A DNA stretch of 64,000 nucleotides. Origin: Gammaproteobacteria bacterium. Its GTDB lineage: Bacteria; Pseudomonadota; Gammaproteobacteria; GCA-002705445; GCA-002716945. Position 1 is the stretch's first letter. Every line of letters begins with the position of its first letter. The position numbers were made by a program, and so were the translations under genes. Shown piece after piece: positions 31,147 to 41,998 of this stretch. The stretch spans positions 14,592 through 78,591 of the forward strand of contig JBLFWM010000001.1 of NCBI GenBank assembly GCA_047611265.1. Reading direction: 5' to 3'. Under the pieces are notes generated by a model, which was not told where the DNA came from, did no database searches, and worked only from the letters and a program-made list of their open reading frames with translations.

Positions 31147-32070
31147 TTAACTCCAAAAATCACTCATGCCTGATACTCCAAAACCATTAAATCTCTTACA
31201 CATTTCTAGATCGCTAATTTTTATTCCACCTAATGCAAACACTGGCATATTTGATGCATCTGAAATAATCTTAAAATTTTCCCAGCCAAGTATATTTTTA
31301 CTATATTTTGAATAAATTACTGGAGATAAAATTATGAAATCAAAATTATACTCATTAGCAATCATAACATCATTTAAATTATGACATGATGCAGAATAAA
31401 TTAATTTTTTTTTCTTTATATTTCTATAAGTATTTATTTGATTTAAATCTTCAGAAGTAAAATGAACTCCATCAATATTGATATCACCTAAGTCATTACT
31501 AAATTTTTTATCAATAATTAAAGGCATATTATTTTTAAAACAAAACTGAGATAACTTCTGTGCTGCAAGAATATAATTTGATATAGAATACCCAAATGAT
31601 CTTAATCTAATAAAAGAATTGGTCCTATCAATATTTTTAAATTTTTTAGATATGCTGTCAAAATTTATTGGCGTGATAAAGAATAACTCTCTTAATTTTA
31701 ATCTATTTAGTATTCTAACAGTTGACTCAAGAAATAAATGATTGGACATAAAAGGGTCAATATACAAAAGATTTTGTTTTTCTTTAGCTTTAATTTTTCC
31801 ACTATACTCAATAATTTCAAATATATATAATTTTACAGATAGATTTTTATATAGGTGAGTTATCTCGCCATGGTATATACTTTCTTTAATCTGTATATCT
31901 AACTCTTCATGACACTCTCTAATCAAGCATTCTTTTGGAGTTTCTAATTCTTCTATCTTTCCACCAGGAAATTCATAATAATTATTAAATGGTTCTTTCC
32001 TTCTTTCTGAAAACAAATATCCAGCGTTATTCTTTATAAGGGCTACTGAACACTCAATATTATTTTTCAT
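31147..32070 (-). CDS. Nudix (MutT-like) hydrolase fused to a thiamine-phosphate-synthase-like (TMP-TENI) domain
   Basis: Nudix box GGKIEELETPKECLIRECHEELDI at the N-terminus. C-terminal TIM-like region ends with ALGGI...GVSGMS. Confidence 0.7.
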   Translation of the reverse strand: MKNNIECSVALIKNNAGYLFSERRKEPFNNYYEFPGGKIEELETPKECLIRECHEELDIQIKESIYHGEITHLYKNLSVKLYIFEIIEYSGKIKAKEKQNLLYIDPFMSNHLFLESTVRILNRLKLRELFFITPINFDSISKKFKNIDRTNSFIRLRSFGYSISNYILAAQKLSQFCFKNNMPLIIDKKFSNDLGDINIDGVHFTSEDLNQINTYRNIKKKKLIYSASCHNLNDVMIANEYNFDFIILSPVIYSKYSKNILGWENFKIISDASNMPVFALGGIKISDLEMCKRFNGFGVSGMSDFWS

Positions 32071-32073
32071 TCT

Positions 32074-33249
32074 CTATGTTGTGTAGGCAGAATTAATATG
32101 AACATATTCATGAGATAAATCAGATGTTAAAACTGTATGCGTATCTTTCCCAGAATTCATATAAATATCTATTGTTATATTTTTTTTCATCATAGACTTA
32201 TTAAGTTGTTTCAGATTACATTTTTTAGACTGCAAGCCATTCTCGAATATTATTTTATTATTAATTTTTAGACTGACTTTATTCTCATCATAATTAATAT
32301 TATTGATTGATCCCAACCTTGCAATAATTCTTCCCCAGTTTGGATCTGCTCCATACATTGCAGTTTTAATTAAATTAGAATTTGCTAAACTATAGGCTAT
32401 TTTTTTAGCTTGTAATGAATTATATGATTTATGTACAGTTATTTTAATAATTTTTGTTGCACCTTCTCCATCCTCAATTATCATTTTAGATAAATCATGG
32501 CATACATTTTTTATTTCATTTTCTAATATTTTTAAAATTTTAGTGTTAGCGTTAAAATTAAGTTCTTTATTTTCACCTGTTGAAATTAACATCACAGTAT
32601 CATTTGTAGACATATCGCCATCAACTGAGATTGTATTGAATGAAGAGTTAACTGCTTTTTTCAAGATTTTTAGTAAAAGTAATTTTTTTAGATCAACATT
32701 GATGGATATAAATGATAGCATTGTTGCCATATTAGGCTCAATCATTCCAGCACCTTTGCATACTGCATTTATTGTTATCTTAATTTTATTTAATAAAAAA
32801 GACCTAGTAATATGCTTACTAAATTTATCAGTAGTCATGATAGCTGAGGCTGCCTGTTTCCAGGTAGATTTAAATTTAAAATCATGATTTTCTATGGATT
32901 TTATAATTTTATCAATTGGGAGCTGTCTTCCAATTATGCCTGTTGAAGATAATAATACATTCTCTTTAAGACAACTAAATTTTTTAGATATTGATTTTGT
33001 ACATTTTATAGCATTCGACATTCCTACTGTTCCAGTACATGCGTTAGCATTACCTGAATTAACTAAAATATACTTTGGTTTAAATTTAGATACATTATAT
33101 TTAGATAAGATTACAGGTGCAGCTGCATACTTATTCTTCGTTGATACGACTGCAATTTTTGAAAGCTTTGGTAATTTAAAACATACCGCATCTTTCTTTT
33201 TATCTTTAATACCTATATTAAAAATATCAATTAAAACTTTATTACTCAT
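32074..33249 (-). CDS. argJ: Bifunctional glutamate N-acetyltransferase / amino-acid acetyltransferase
   Basis: 391 aa with the autoprocessing site PNMATMLSFI and the DGDMSTNDT motif. Confidence 0.9.
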   Translation of the reverse strand: MSNKVLIDIFNIGIKDKKKDAVCFKLPKLSKIAVVSTKNKYAAAPVILSKYNVSKFKPKYILVNSGNANACTGTVGMSNAIKCTKSISKKFSCLKENVLLSSTGIIGRQLPIDKIIKSIENHDFKFKSTWKQAASAIMTTDKFSKHITRSFLLNKIKITINAVCKGAGMIEPNMATMLSFISINVDLKKLLLLKILKKAVNSSFNTISVDGDMSTNDTVMLISTGENKELNFNANTKILKILENEIKNVCHDLSKMIIEDGEGATKIIKITVHKSYNSLQAKKIAYSLANSNLIKTAMYGADPNWGRIIARLGSINNINYDENKVSLKINNKIIFENGLQSKKCNLKQLNKSMMKKNITIDIYMNSGKDTHTVLTSDLSHEYVHINSAYTT

Positions 33250-35822
33250 AATCTACCACAGCATCTTTTATATTTTTTACCAGAACCGCATGGACATAGT
33301 GCATTTCTTGAAACATTAGCATTCTTTTTATCCATATTAGCATTCAAAGCTTCGTCTTTTATTAACTTATCTGAGACATTTGAATTATTTATCTTTATTT
33401 TAGTTAAGATTTTAATGGTTTCAAGATTATTTACAGACAACATTTCTTCAAACATTTCAAATGATTCTCTTTTATACTCATTTTTTGGATTTTTCTGAGC
33501 ATAGCTTCTTAGCCCAATACCTTGTCTCAGATAATCCATGGCGTTTAGATGATTTCTCCAGTCTTCATCTATTACACTCAAAAATATATTTCTAATTAAT
33601 TCTTTTTTATCTTCTTCAGATAGAATATCTAGACTAGACTGAATCGATGTAAAAATAATATTACGAATATAATTTTTAAAAGTTACTCTTCCCTCGTGAT
33701 CACCATTTTTAATAATCTCAGAACTTTTAATCTCAATAGCAAAATCATTTTTAAATGACTCATTAATTGCATCATAATCCCATTGAGATGACGGTATATC
33801 TAATGGAATATAATTATTTATTAACTCCTCGCATGCAAAACTAAGAATATTATTATAAATAGATGATAAGTCATCAGCTGATAAAATATCATTACGCTGA
33901 TTGTAAATTACTTTTCTTTGCTCATTAGCAATATCATCATATTCGAGAAGTGTTTTTCTTATGTCAAAGTTATATGCTTCAACTCTTTTCTGAGCATTCT
34001 CAATTGATTTAGAAACCCATTTATGTTCTATGGCCTCTCCATCTTCCATGCCTAGTTTTTTCATAATTTCAGTAACTTTATCTGAGGCAAATATTCTCAT
34101 CAAGTTATCTTCCAGTGACAAATAAAATCTAGATTCCCCTGGGTCTCCTTGTCTACCTGAGCGTCCTCTTAGTTGATTATCAACACGCCTAGACTCATGC
34201 CTTTCTGTTCCAATAATATACAACCCTCCAATTTTTTTAATATCATCTGGATTATCAAGAGAAGAGTTTATTCCTTCATTAGTCATATCTTTGCCACCTA
34301 AGACGATATCTGTGCCTCGACCAGCCATATTAGTAGCAATTGTTACTGCAGATAACTTACCAGCTTGAGCAATTATTTCTGCTTCTTTTTGATGTTGCTT
34401 AGCATTAAGAACATGGTGTTTTATCTTTTGTGTCTTCAAAAGCTTTGAAATATATTCTGATGACTCGATAGAGGTAGTCCCAACTAGAACAGGCTGTCCA
34501 GTATTATGTATACTTATTATATTTTTAATAATTGCCTCATATTTTTCTTTTACAGTAAGAAATACTAAATCAACATGATCTTTTCTTATCATTTTTTTAT
34601 GTGATGGTATAACAATAACTTCTAGGCCATATATTTGTTGAAATTCAGTTGCTTCTGTATCAGCAGTACCTGTCATACCTGATAATTTATCAAATAACCT
34701 AAAATAATTTTGGAAAGTTATAGACGCATACGTTAAATTTTCATTTTGTATTTTTACAGATTCTTTTGCTTCTACTGATTGATGAAGACCTTCTGACCAC
34801 CTTCTTCCAGGCATTTTTCTACCTGAGAATTCATCTATAATGACAATTTCATTATTTTCTACCACATAATCAATATCTTTATGGTACATCAAATTAGCTT
34901 TCAAACTTGCATCGACCAAATGCAGTAACTGTATATTTTTAGGGTCATATAAGGTTTCATTTTCCCCCAATAAGCTATTTTTTGAAAAAGTATTTTCAAT
35001 CTCCCCATGACCTTCTTCTGTTAAAGAAACAGACTTTTGTTTTTCATCGATTGAAAATAATTCATTATCTTTGTTCTTAGTTATGAGCGACTGTGTAACT
35101 TGATTAATTTTAAGATATAGATTACTTGATTCTTTTGCAGACCCTGATATGACTAGTGGTGTTCTTGCTTCATCTATTAATACAGAATCAACTTCATCTA
35201 TAATTGCATAACTTAGCTTGCACTGTACTTTTTGACTTAATTCATAAGTCATATTATCTCTTAGATAATCAAAACCAAATTCATTATTAGTTCCATATAC
35301 AATATTACATTTATATGCTTTCTTTCTTTCTTCTGGCGCTGAAGAGCTTGTTATGGTTCCAACTGATAACCCAAGATAATTAAATATCTCTCCCATCCAT
35401 TCAGAATCTCTCACTGCTAAATAATCATTTACCGTGATAATAAATACTGATTGACCAGATAATGAATTGAGGTATGCAGGTAATGTGGAAACTAATGTTT
35501 TACCTTCACCAGTTTTCATTTCAGCTATTTTACCAAAATGTAATCCAATTCCTCCCAGGAGTTGCTCATCAAAATGTCTTAGACCTAAAGTTCTGATAGA
35601 AGCTTCTCTGGTTAGCGCAAATGCCTCGGGTAAAATACTATCAAGATCATTACTTTCCTTATATTTTTCTCTCAATAAGCTAGTTTCTGTTTGAAAATCT
35701 AATTGAGTAAATTTTTGATATTTACCTTCTAATTCATTAACTTTTTTTACAAGAGGAGCATATTCTTTAAGAATACGGCCGTTTCTGCTTCCAAAAATCT
35801 TTTTAATAAAATTAGATATCAT
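33246..35822 (-). CDS. secA: Preprotein translocase ATPase SecA
   Basis: 858 aa with MKTGEGKTLV Walker A, TNMAGRGTDI and a C-terminal zinc motif CPCGSGKKYKRCCG. Confidence 0.97.
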   Translation of the reverse strand: MISNFIKKIFGSRNGRILKEYAPLVKKVNELEGKYQKFTQLDFQTETSLLREKYKESNDLDSILPEAFALTREASIRTLGLRHFDEQLLGGIGLHFGKIAEMKTGEGKTLVSTLPAYLNSLSGQSVFIITVNDYLAVRDSEWMGEIFNYLGLSVGTITSSSAPEERKKAYKCNIVYGTNNEFGFDYLRDNMTYELSQKVQCKLSYAIIDEVDSVLIDEARTPLVISGSAKESSNLYLKINQVTQSLITKNKDNELFSIDEKQKSVSLTEEGHGEIENTFSKNSLLGENETLYDPKNIQLLHLVDASLKANLMYHKDIDYVVENNEIVIIDEFSGRKMPGRRWSEGLHQSVEAKESVKIQNENLTYASITFQNYFRLFDKLSGMTGTADTEATEFQQIYGLEVIVIPSHKKMIRKDHVDLVFLTVKEKYEAIIKNIISIHNTGQPVLVGTTSIESSEYISKLLKTQKIKHHVLNAKQHQKEAEIIAQAGKLSAVTIATNMAGRGTDIVLGGKDMTNEGINSSLDNPDDIKKIGGLYIIGTERHESRRVDNQLRGRSGRQGDPGESRFYLSLEDNLMRIFASDKVTEIMKKLGMEDGEAIEHKWVSKSIENAQKRVEAYNFDIRKTLLEYDDIANEQRKVIYNQRNDILSADDLSSIYNNILSFACEELINNYIPLDIPSSQWDYDAINESFKNDFAIEIKSSEIIKNGDHEGRVTFKNYIRNIIFTSIQSSLDILSEEDKKELIRNIFLSVIDEDWRNHLNAMDYLRQGIGLRSYAQKNPKNEYKRESFEMFEEMLSVNNLETIKILTKIKINNSNVSDKLIKDEALNANMDKKNANVSRNALCPCGSGKKYKRCCGRL

Positions 35823-35882
35823 AATATTTTATATAAATTTGCATGTAATGAGTTAATTATCGTACAATCATTATAATAGATT

Positions 35883-36158
35883 ATGAAAAAAATATCGTTA
35901 TTCATACCTGTGCATGTTATCAATAAGAATGCCTTAATCAAAGACTTAACTTCTTATATTGCAGATGTTTTCCCAGAGGACGTTCTTAATAATATAGAAG
36001 TTGGTTCAGTCAAAGATAGTGTGCTCATAATAAGCTGTAAAAATAGTTCTGTTGCAACACTAATGAGATTTGAAAAGCAGAAATTTATTGATCTATTAGA
36101 CGGTAATAATATTTGTAAAATTGACGATATAAGAGTGACTCTTATTGATTATGACTGA
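35883..36158 (+). CDS. DUF721 (DciA-like) protein
   Basis: 91 aa. Its position between secA and lpxC is typical for DUF721. The motif-like segment [28 protein letters not shown] resembles the family pattern. Confidence 0.5.
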   Translation: MKKISLFIPVHVINKNALIKDLTSYIADVFPEDVLNNIEVGSVKDSVLIISCKNSSVATLMRFEKQKFIDLLDGNNICKIDDIRVTLIDYD

Positions 36159-37066
36159 ACAATGTGTGGTTCTGGCGTACTATAAAATATTGGAGACTTT
36201 TCATTATCTTCAATAGTAGACTCTTCCCAGGCATCTGCATTATTAACTAATTCTCTTAATAATAAATTATTCAAATGATGGCCAGACTTATAAGCAGAAA
36301 AAGAACCAATCAAACCGTGTCCCAATAAATATAAATCACCAATAGCGTCTAATATTTTATGTTTAACAAATTCATCTTGAAAACGAACTCCTTCTTCATT
36401 TATAACTTTGTAATCATCAATGACTATGGCGTTATTAACACTTCCACCTAATGCTAAATTATTTTTACGTAATAATTCAATATCTTTAGCAAAACCAAAT
36501 GTTCTAGCACGACTAACTTGGCTTAAGTACGATACAGATGAAAAATCTATTTCAGATGACTGTGAACCTTCACTAAAAGCTGGATGGTTAAAATCAATTG
36601 TAAAGGCTACTTTGAATCCATCAAAAGGTTCAATTTTTGCCCATTTCTCATCCTGTCTCACTTCAATCGTTTTCTTTATTTTAATAAATTTTTTAGTATC
36701 ATTTTGTTCTTGGATACCAGCTGATTGGATCATGAATACAAATGGTCTTGCGCTACCATCCATGATTGGTACTTCTGGGCCATCAAGCTCTATAAGGGCA
36801 TTATCTATTCCTAAACCCGCTAAAGCAGAAAGTAGATGTTCAACAGTTGATATTTTAGCAGTGTTATTTGATAGGGTTGTGGAGAGTCTTGTGTCATGTA
36901 CATTCTCTAGAGATGCTTTAATTGGGTCAGACTTGATATCTGTTCTTATAAAGACGATTCCTGTATTTACTAGTGCTGGATTTAAAGTTAAACTTATTTT
37001 TTGCCCAGTATGGAGACCGACTCCTGAAGCCTTTATTTTACTCGATAATGTTCTCTGTTTAAGCAT
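36149..37066 (-). CDS. lpxC: UDP-3-O-acyl-N-acetylglucosamine deacetylase
   Basis: MLKQRTL...GVGLHTG N-terminus, TVEHLLSAL, and the HHLNN region near the C-terminus. Confidence 0.95.
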   Translation of the reverse strand: MLKQRTLSSKIKASGVGLHTGQKISLTLNPALVNTGIVFIRTDIKSDPIKASLENVHDTRLSTTLSNNTAKISTVEHLLSALAGLGIDNALIELDGPEVPIMDGSARPFVFMIQSAGIQEQNDTKKFIKIKKTIEVRQDEKWAKIEPFDGFKVAFTIDFNHPAFSEGSQSSEIDFSSVSYLSQVSRARTFGFAKDIELLRKNNLALGGSVNNAIVIDDYKVINEEGVRFQDEFVKHKILDAIGDLYLLGHGLIGSFSAYKSGHHLNNLLLRELVNNADAWEESTIEDNEKSPIFYSTPEPHIVQS

Positions 37067-37184
37067 ATATTTAGTATGTATTTTATAGTAATTCCAAATG
37101 AATGTTAAGTAATTTCAAGTCTTTACAGGGTATTTTTAGAAATAAATAAGTAATAACCATACTAAATTAGACAAAATATTAGAA

Positions 37185-38435
37185 TTAAAGTTCTCGTTGA
37201 AAATAAACTGAGAATTTTTTCCAAACTATTTCAAGATATCTTAAAAATGGATTGTCAGATTTTTGCCTATGAGGCATATCATTGAGCTTCTCATCTTTAT
37301 ATAATAACAAGCCAACAGCAGTTGCATATCTTGTCTTCCCGCTTAAATTTTGTATTCCAGTTATCTCCTTTGGGCTACCTATCCTTGTTGGCATCAATAA
37401 TTTATTTTCAGCATATGTATCTAGACCATTTAGTTTGCAACCTCCACCAGTAAAAACAATACCAGCTCTAATTTTTGACACCCACCCACTAGAGTTAATT
37501 TCCTCTTCTATCTGTTGAAATATTTCATCCACTCTGCAAGTAATCATATGCGTAAGAATTGGTTTATTAACTTCAGATGGAGGTTTATCAGAAATTGATG
37601 GTACTGGTATATTGATTTCAGTATCATTTGTCTCATTAATTAAACTACCATACTTCTGTTTTATATCTTCAGCTGCTTCAAATGAAGTACGCAATCCTAT
37701 TTGAATATCTTTTGTGACCATTTGGCCAGCAAGAGGGATTACAGCAGTATGCTTTATATCACCATCAGTAAAAATTGCAATATCTGTAGTTCCTCCACCA
37801 ATATCCACGAGACATACACCTAAAGATTTTTCTTCGTTTGTTAAAACTGAATAACTAGAAGCCACTGGTTGTAATACAAATTCATCAACCTCCAAAAAAC
37901 TATTTTCTATGCACTTTGTTAAATTTTTCTTAGCAGTTGTTGAACATGTAATAACGTGGACATTTGCTTCCAACCTTTTTCCAGCCATTCCGATTGGCTC
38001 TTTTATGCCCATTTGTCCATCTATGGTAAAATACTGAGGTATTCTATGAAGAATTTCTTGATCAGCGGGTATACTGATATCACTTGCGCTTGCTATGACC
38101 TTATCTTTATCTTCTTGCGTGACTTCATCATTTAGAATATTAATAGCTGCATTACCATTATAACTTTGGATGTGATTTCCAGCAATTCCAGTAATTACTT
38201 TAGTAAATTTACAATTTGTCATGGCTCTGGCTTGATCTTTTGCTTTTCGAATACTTTTTACAGTTGCATCAATTTCAGAAATAACACCTTTATTTAGCCC
38301 ATTACATGCTTCTTGACCAATGCCTACTAATCTTAATTCCCCGTCTTCATTATAGTCAGCAACTAAACACAAAACTTTAGTAGTGCCTATATCTAGAGCA
38401 ACGATAAATTCATCTTTAATTGTAGTATTTGCCAT
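37185..38435 (-). CDS. ftsA: Cell division protein FtsA
   Basis: 416 aa actin-fold protein with ALDIGTTKV, VDIGGGTTDIA and a C-terminal amphipathic tail. Confidence 0.95.
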   Translation of the reverse strand: MANTTIKDEFIVALDIGTTKVLCLVADYNEDGELRLVGIGQEACNGLNKGVISEIDATVKSIRKAKDQARAMTNCKFTKVITGIAGNHIQSYNGNAAINILNDEVTQEDKDKVIASASDISIPADQEILHRIPQYFTIDGQMGIKEPIGMAGKRLEANVHVITCSTTAKKNLTKCIENSFLEVDEFVLQPVASSYSVLTNEEKSLGVCLVDIGGGTTDIAIFTDGDIKHTAVIPLAGQMVTKDIQIGLRTSFEAAEDIKQKYGSLINETNDTEINIPVPSISDKPPSEVNKPILTHMITCRVDEIFQQIEEEINSSGWVSKIRAGIVFTGGGCKLNGLDTYAENKLLMPTRIGSPKEITGIQNLSGKTRYATAVGLLLYKDEKLNDMPHRQKSDNPFLRYLEIVWKKFSVYFQREL

Positions 38436-38453
38436 ATCTTATAATATCATTTT

Positions 38454-39116
38454 TTACTGTACAGCAAAACCTGTAGGGTATCTTAAATCAATATTCTTTC
38501 TTATTTTTCCAGATTTTTGAGTTAATAAAAACTGATCATATACGAATAAAAACTCTTTGAGCTTTGATTCATAATCAGCATGACGCACAAAAAATCTATA
38601 TTTTGAAGTTAATATAATCATCATATCATTGTCTTTAGATAATTTAATAACATTAATATCAATCTCAGATAGTATTTTTTGAAGATTTAAATATAAGTCA
38701 TGCATATAAACTTTGTCATCTTGCCCACTAGATATCTCTAGAATATTTTCGATAAGGTATTTTCCAATTTCAATAGTAAACCCTTCTTTATCCACATATG
38801 ATAGGTTATTCCATAAAAATAAAGGTTTAAACTCAGTTATTTTAACTGTGATTCTATTCGGAGGATCTAATATAATTTGTACATTTTTTATCCACGGGTC
38901 CTCTTCTATCTGATTCTTTAATTTTCGTAAGTTAATTTGGTAGATTTCTTTAGAAATATAATTTTTCAAAATATCATCTATTCTAGATTGATTACTATAT
39001 TCAAATGTTCCTTCTTTAAAAATATGTTTTACAGGATTTGTGCCAAAAAAAATAGGATAATTATAGGCACTAATAAATAATATAAATAAACTAAAAAGGA
39101 TAAGAATTTTCTTCAT
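38454..39116 (-). CDS. ftsQ: Cell division protein FtsQ
   Basis: 220 aa with an N-terminal TM helix and a POTRA-like region. Located between ddl and ftsA. Confidence 0.8.
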   Translation of the reverse strand: MKKILILFSLFILFISAYNYPIFFGTNPVKHIFKEGTFEYSNQSRIDDILKNYISKEIYQINLRKLKNQIEEDPWIKNVQIILDPPNRITVKITEFKPLFLWNNLSYVDKEGFTIEIGKYLIENILEISSGQDDKVYMHDLYLNLQKILSEIDINVIKLSKDNDMMIILTSKYRFFVRHADYESKLKEFLFVYDQFLLTQKSGKIRKNIDLRYPTGFAVQ

Positions 39117-39117
39117 A

Positions 39118-40053
39118 TTAGTTTTTTAAAAGCAATAAAAGCAATTGATGATATGACAAGTCATTCTTCTTTGCGGACTTAGGAACTAAACTATGATCAG
39201 TCATACCTGGTATAGAATTAATTTCAATTAAATTAACCAATGAATCCTTATCCATAAAAAAATCAACACGGCCCCAGTTAGAACATCCTGTGCTATTAAA
39301 AGCTTCCATGCAAATTAAGTTAATATTTTTATGAATATCCTCTGGGAAATCAGGAAATGAAAAAACAGTGTCGCTATCTAAATACTTAGCTTCATAATTA
39401 TAAAATTCTCTCTTTGTTTCTATTTTAATTATTGGGAAAACTTGATCATTAATAATAGGTGCAGTGTATTCTGGAGCAATAACAAATTCTTCAATGAAAT
39501 AATTGCATGAATTTATACTACTTAGAGAAAGTTTTTCTAATATATCTGTAGGACTAGATGAATAAAAATCAGCAGTATCAAATATTTTTATACCTACGCT
39601 TGAACCAGATTCACATGGTTTTAAGATAAATTTTTCGTCAAACATTTCCTCTATTTTTTTTGAAGAAATATTATCAGATAGTCTTAAATAATTTGGTGTT
39701 TTTAAACCATTTCTCAGCCAAACCTCTTTAGTATGTACCTTATTGAATGAAAGTTTTGATGATTCTGAGTTTGAACCAATATATTTAACAGATAATCTGT
39801 CTAAATAATTTTGAACTAGACCATCTTCGCCACCAGAACCATGAATTAAATTCAAGACAAGATCTATCTTATTAGATTCAATAAATTTAGAAAGTATATT
39901 AATATCATTATCTTTAAAATCAAAAAGGAAAGCATTCAAATTATTACTTATGAGTGAGTCATAAGCTGATTTACCACTATCTAGAGACACTGGTCTTTCA
40001 TCTGACCAGCCTCCACATAATATCCCAATATTTTTTCCAGATAACTTATTCAT
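39118..40053 (-). CDS. ddl: D-alanine--D-alanine ligase
   Basis: GGWSDERPVSLDSGKS N-terminus and ATP-grasp C-terminus EINSIPGMT. Confidence 0.9.
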   Translation of the reverse strand: MNKLSGKNIGILCGGWSDERPVSLDSGKSAYDSLISNNLNAFLFDFKDNDINILSKFIESNKIDLVLNLIHGSGGEDGLVQNYLDRLSVKYIGSNSESSKLSFNKVHTKEVWLRNGLKTPNYLRLSDNISSKKIEEMFDEKFILKPCESGSSVGIKIFDTADFYSSSPTDILEKLSLSSINSCNYFIEEFVIAPEYTAPIINDQVFPIIKIETKREFYNYEAKYLDSDTVFSFPDFPEDIHKNINLICMEAFNSTGCSNWGRVDFFMDKDSLVNLIEINSIPGMTDHSLVPKSAKKNDLSYHQLLLLLLKN

Positions 40054-40060
40054 TATTATA

Positions 40061-40915
40061 TCAGTATATACAAATCTCTCTCGTTACAGATATATTATAT
40101 TTTTTTTTGATTAATTCTGAAACATATTTAATCAGCTGAACAAGGTCTTCGCATGAACCGCTACCATCATTGATAAAATAATTGCAATGTTTTTTTGAAA
40201 TATATATTCCACCCATTTTTCTTTTTTTAATCTCGAGAGAATCAATAAGTGAACTTGCCGGAATATCTTTTGAAGGGTTTTTAAAAATACAGCCCGATGA
40301 CCATTGTTTTATAGGTTGAGTCATACTCCTATGTCTGGAGTATTCCATAAGAAGATTTTTATCAAAGACCTTATTCTTGTTTATAACTAGTAATACATCT
40401 AAAAATAATAAAATATTATTTTTATCAACATTACGGTAAGAGGTTTTAATTTTTTTATGTGACATATTCTTTATACTACCTTCTTTATTAACAATATTAA
40501 CAGAGTCAACATAATTCCATATTGATTGTTTAAATGCACCAGCATTCATAGCTAATGCCCCTCCAATTGTTCCTGGTATTCCATGAAGAAATTCAAAACC
40601 AGCTATGGATTGTTTATGACAAAACTTTGCAAGTCTTGCGCATGATATACTAGCAGTAATAGATATATACTTATCATCAATGACAGAAATCCCTCTCTTA
40701 TCATATTTGCTTAGAGAAATAATATCAGACTTATATCCATTATCTGAAAATGCAATATTTGAACCTTTACCAATAATTAGCGTTTTTGGTGATAATAATA
40801 TTTTTTTCAGATTAGAGATATCTTCTATAGATTCTGGAAAATATATTTTTTTTGAGTTACCGCCAATACGAATTGTTGTAAAATTTTTTAAAGAGATATT
40901 ATTTTTTATAATCAT
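40061..40915 (-). CDS. murB: UDP-N-acetylenolpyruvoylglucosamine reductase
   Basis: Contains FTTIRIGG, GIPGTIGGALAMNAGA and SSGCIFKNP motifs. Confidence 0.85.
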   Translation of the reverse strand: MIIKNNISLKNFTTIRIGGNSKKIYFPESIEDISNLKKILLSPKTLIIGKGSNIAFSDNGYKSDIISLSKYDKRGISVIDDKYISITASISCARLAKFCHKQSIAGFEFLHGIPGTIGGALAMNAGAFKQSIWNYVDSVNIVNKEGSIKNMSHKKIKTSYRNVDKNNILLFLDVLLVINKNKVFDKNLLMEYSRHRSMTQPIKQWSSGCIFKNPSKDIPASSLIDSLEIKKRKMGGIYISKKHCNYFINDGSGSCEDLVQLIKYVSELIKKKYNISVTREICIY

Positions 40916-40918
40916 GAT

Positions 40919-41992
40919 TTATTTAATTAGTTTTAAAGAATCCTCCATGATAATACTTATGGTATTTGATGGAAATATATTTTGTATATTTTTTGATAAC
41001 ATATACATGCGTTTCTGGTCATTTAAAAGAATATTAGTAATGGTAATAAAATTCTCAATAAAATCAATTTTCTCTTCTAACAAAATGGCGGCAGAGTTTT
41101 TTGCTAAGTAACTTGCATTAAAAAATTGATGGTTATCTGTTGCATGAGGAAACGGAACTAATAATGCTGCTATCCCTATTTTTGCTAATTCAGATATAGA
41201 TGTTGATCCAGCTCTACATATAACTAAATCCGCCCAATCATATAGCTCATCTATTTTTTCAGAGTATGCTACTACTGTTGCATCAATAGAATGCTTTAAA
41301 TATTTATTTTTAACTAATTCTTCATGACTAGGACCACTAATATGTTTTATAGAAATATTAGTATTATGAAAGTGAGAGAAAGAAAAAGGCATAGTGTTGT
41401 TTAGGAATGCTGCACCTTGGCTGCCTCCCATAACTAAAATATTTATACAAGGGTTATTATCAATATATTTTTCTTCTGGCTTTTTAACTTTATCAAATGA
41501 TGGTCTCACAGGATTACCTGTATGTATTATTTTTTTATTATTTTTTTTAAAACTCAAGGGGAATGTTTCATAAACACGTTTAGCAAAATAATAGTTAATT
41601 TTATTAGCTGTACCAGCTATTGAATTTTGTTCATGGACTATTAGTGGTATTGATAGTAGAAAAGAAGTTATTGAAGCGCCAACACTAACATAACCTCCAA
41701 ACCCAATTGTCAAAGAAGGTTTATATTTTTTAAGTAGCTTGAATGACTCATATATAGACCTTAAAAAATTAAATAGGCCTAGGATTTTTTTAAGTGGTGA
41801 TTTTCCACGTATCCCCTGAGAACTTACATGTTCAATAATTATTGATGGATTATTTATTACTCTATTCTCAAGCCCATTTTTAGTTCCAATCCATAAAATT
41901 TTATAACCACGACTAATATACTCTTCCGCAATAGTATATGCGGGATATACATGTCCACCAGTGCCACTAGCTAGAATTGCAACTATTTTCAT
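40919..41992 (-). CDS. murG: UDP-N-acetylglucosamine--LPS/lipid I N-acetylglucosamine transferase MurG
   Basis: ASGTGGHVYPAY N-terminus and the GGSQGA motif. 357 aa. Confidence 0.9.
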   Translation of the reverse strand: MKIVAILASGTGGHVYPAYTIAEEYISRGYKILWIGTKNGLENRVINNPSIIIEHVSSQGIRGKSPLKKILGLFNFLRSIYESFKLLKKYKPSLTIGFGGYVSVGASITSFLLSIPLIVHEQNSIAGTANKINYYFAKRVYETFPLSFKKNNKKIIHTGNPVRPSFDKVKKPEEKYIDNNPCINILVMGGSQGAAFLNNTMPFSFSHFHNTNISIKHISGPSHEELVKNKYLKHSIDATVVAYSEKIDELYDWADLVICRAGSTSISELAKIGIAALLVPFPHATDNHQFFNASYLAKNSAAILLEEKIDFIENFITITNILLNDQKRMYMLSKNIQNIFPSNTISIIMEDSLKLIK

Positions 41993-41998
41993 ATTAGA

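Noticed and set aside
36420-37088. Long antisense ORFs opposite real genes: 222 aa opposite lpxC, and also 3857-4408 (leuA), 24691-25191 and 24406-24678 (RND), 50547-51026 (ftsZ), 40680-41111 (murB/murG), and 32543-33319 (argJ).
   Set aside because: All lie in the antisense frame where stops only arise opposite sense NNY-TAN/CAN contexts, so that frame stays open by codon-composition effects. Their products are low-complexity Ser/Ile/Leu/Phe-rich strings with no recognisable motif and no start context. The sense-strand genes are unambiguous.
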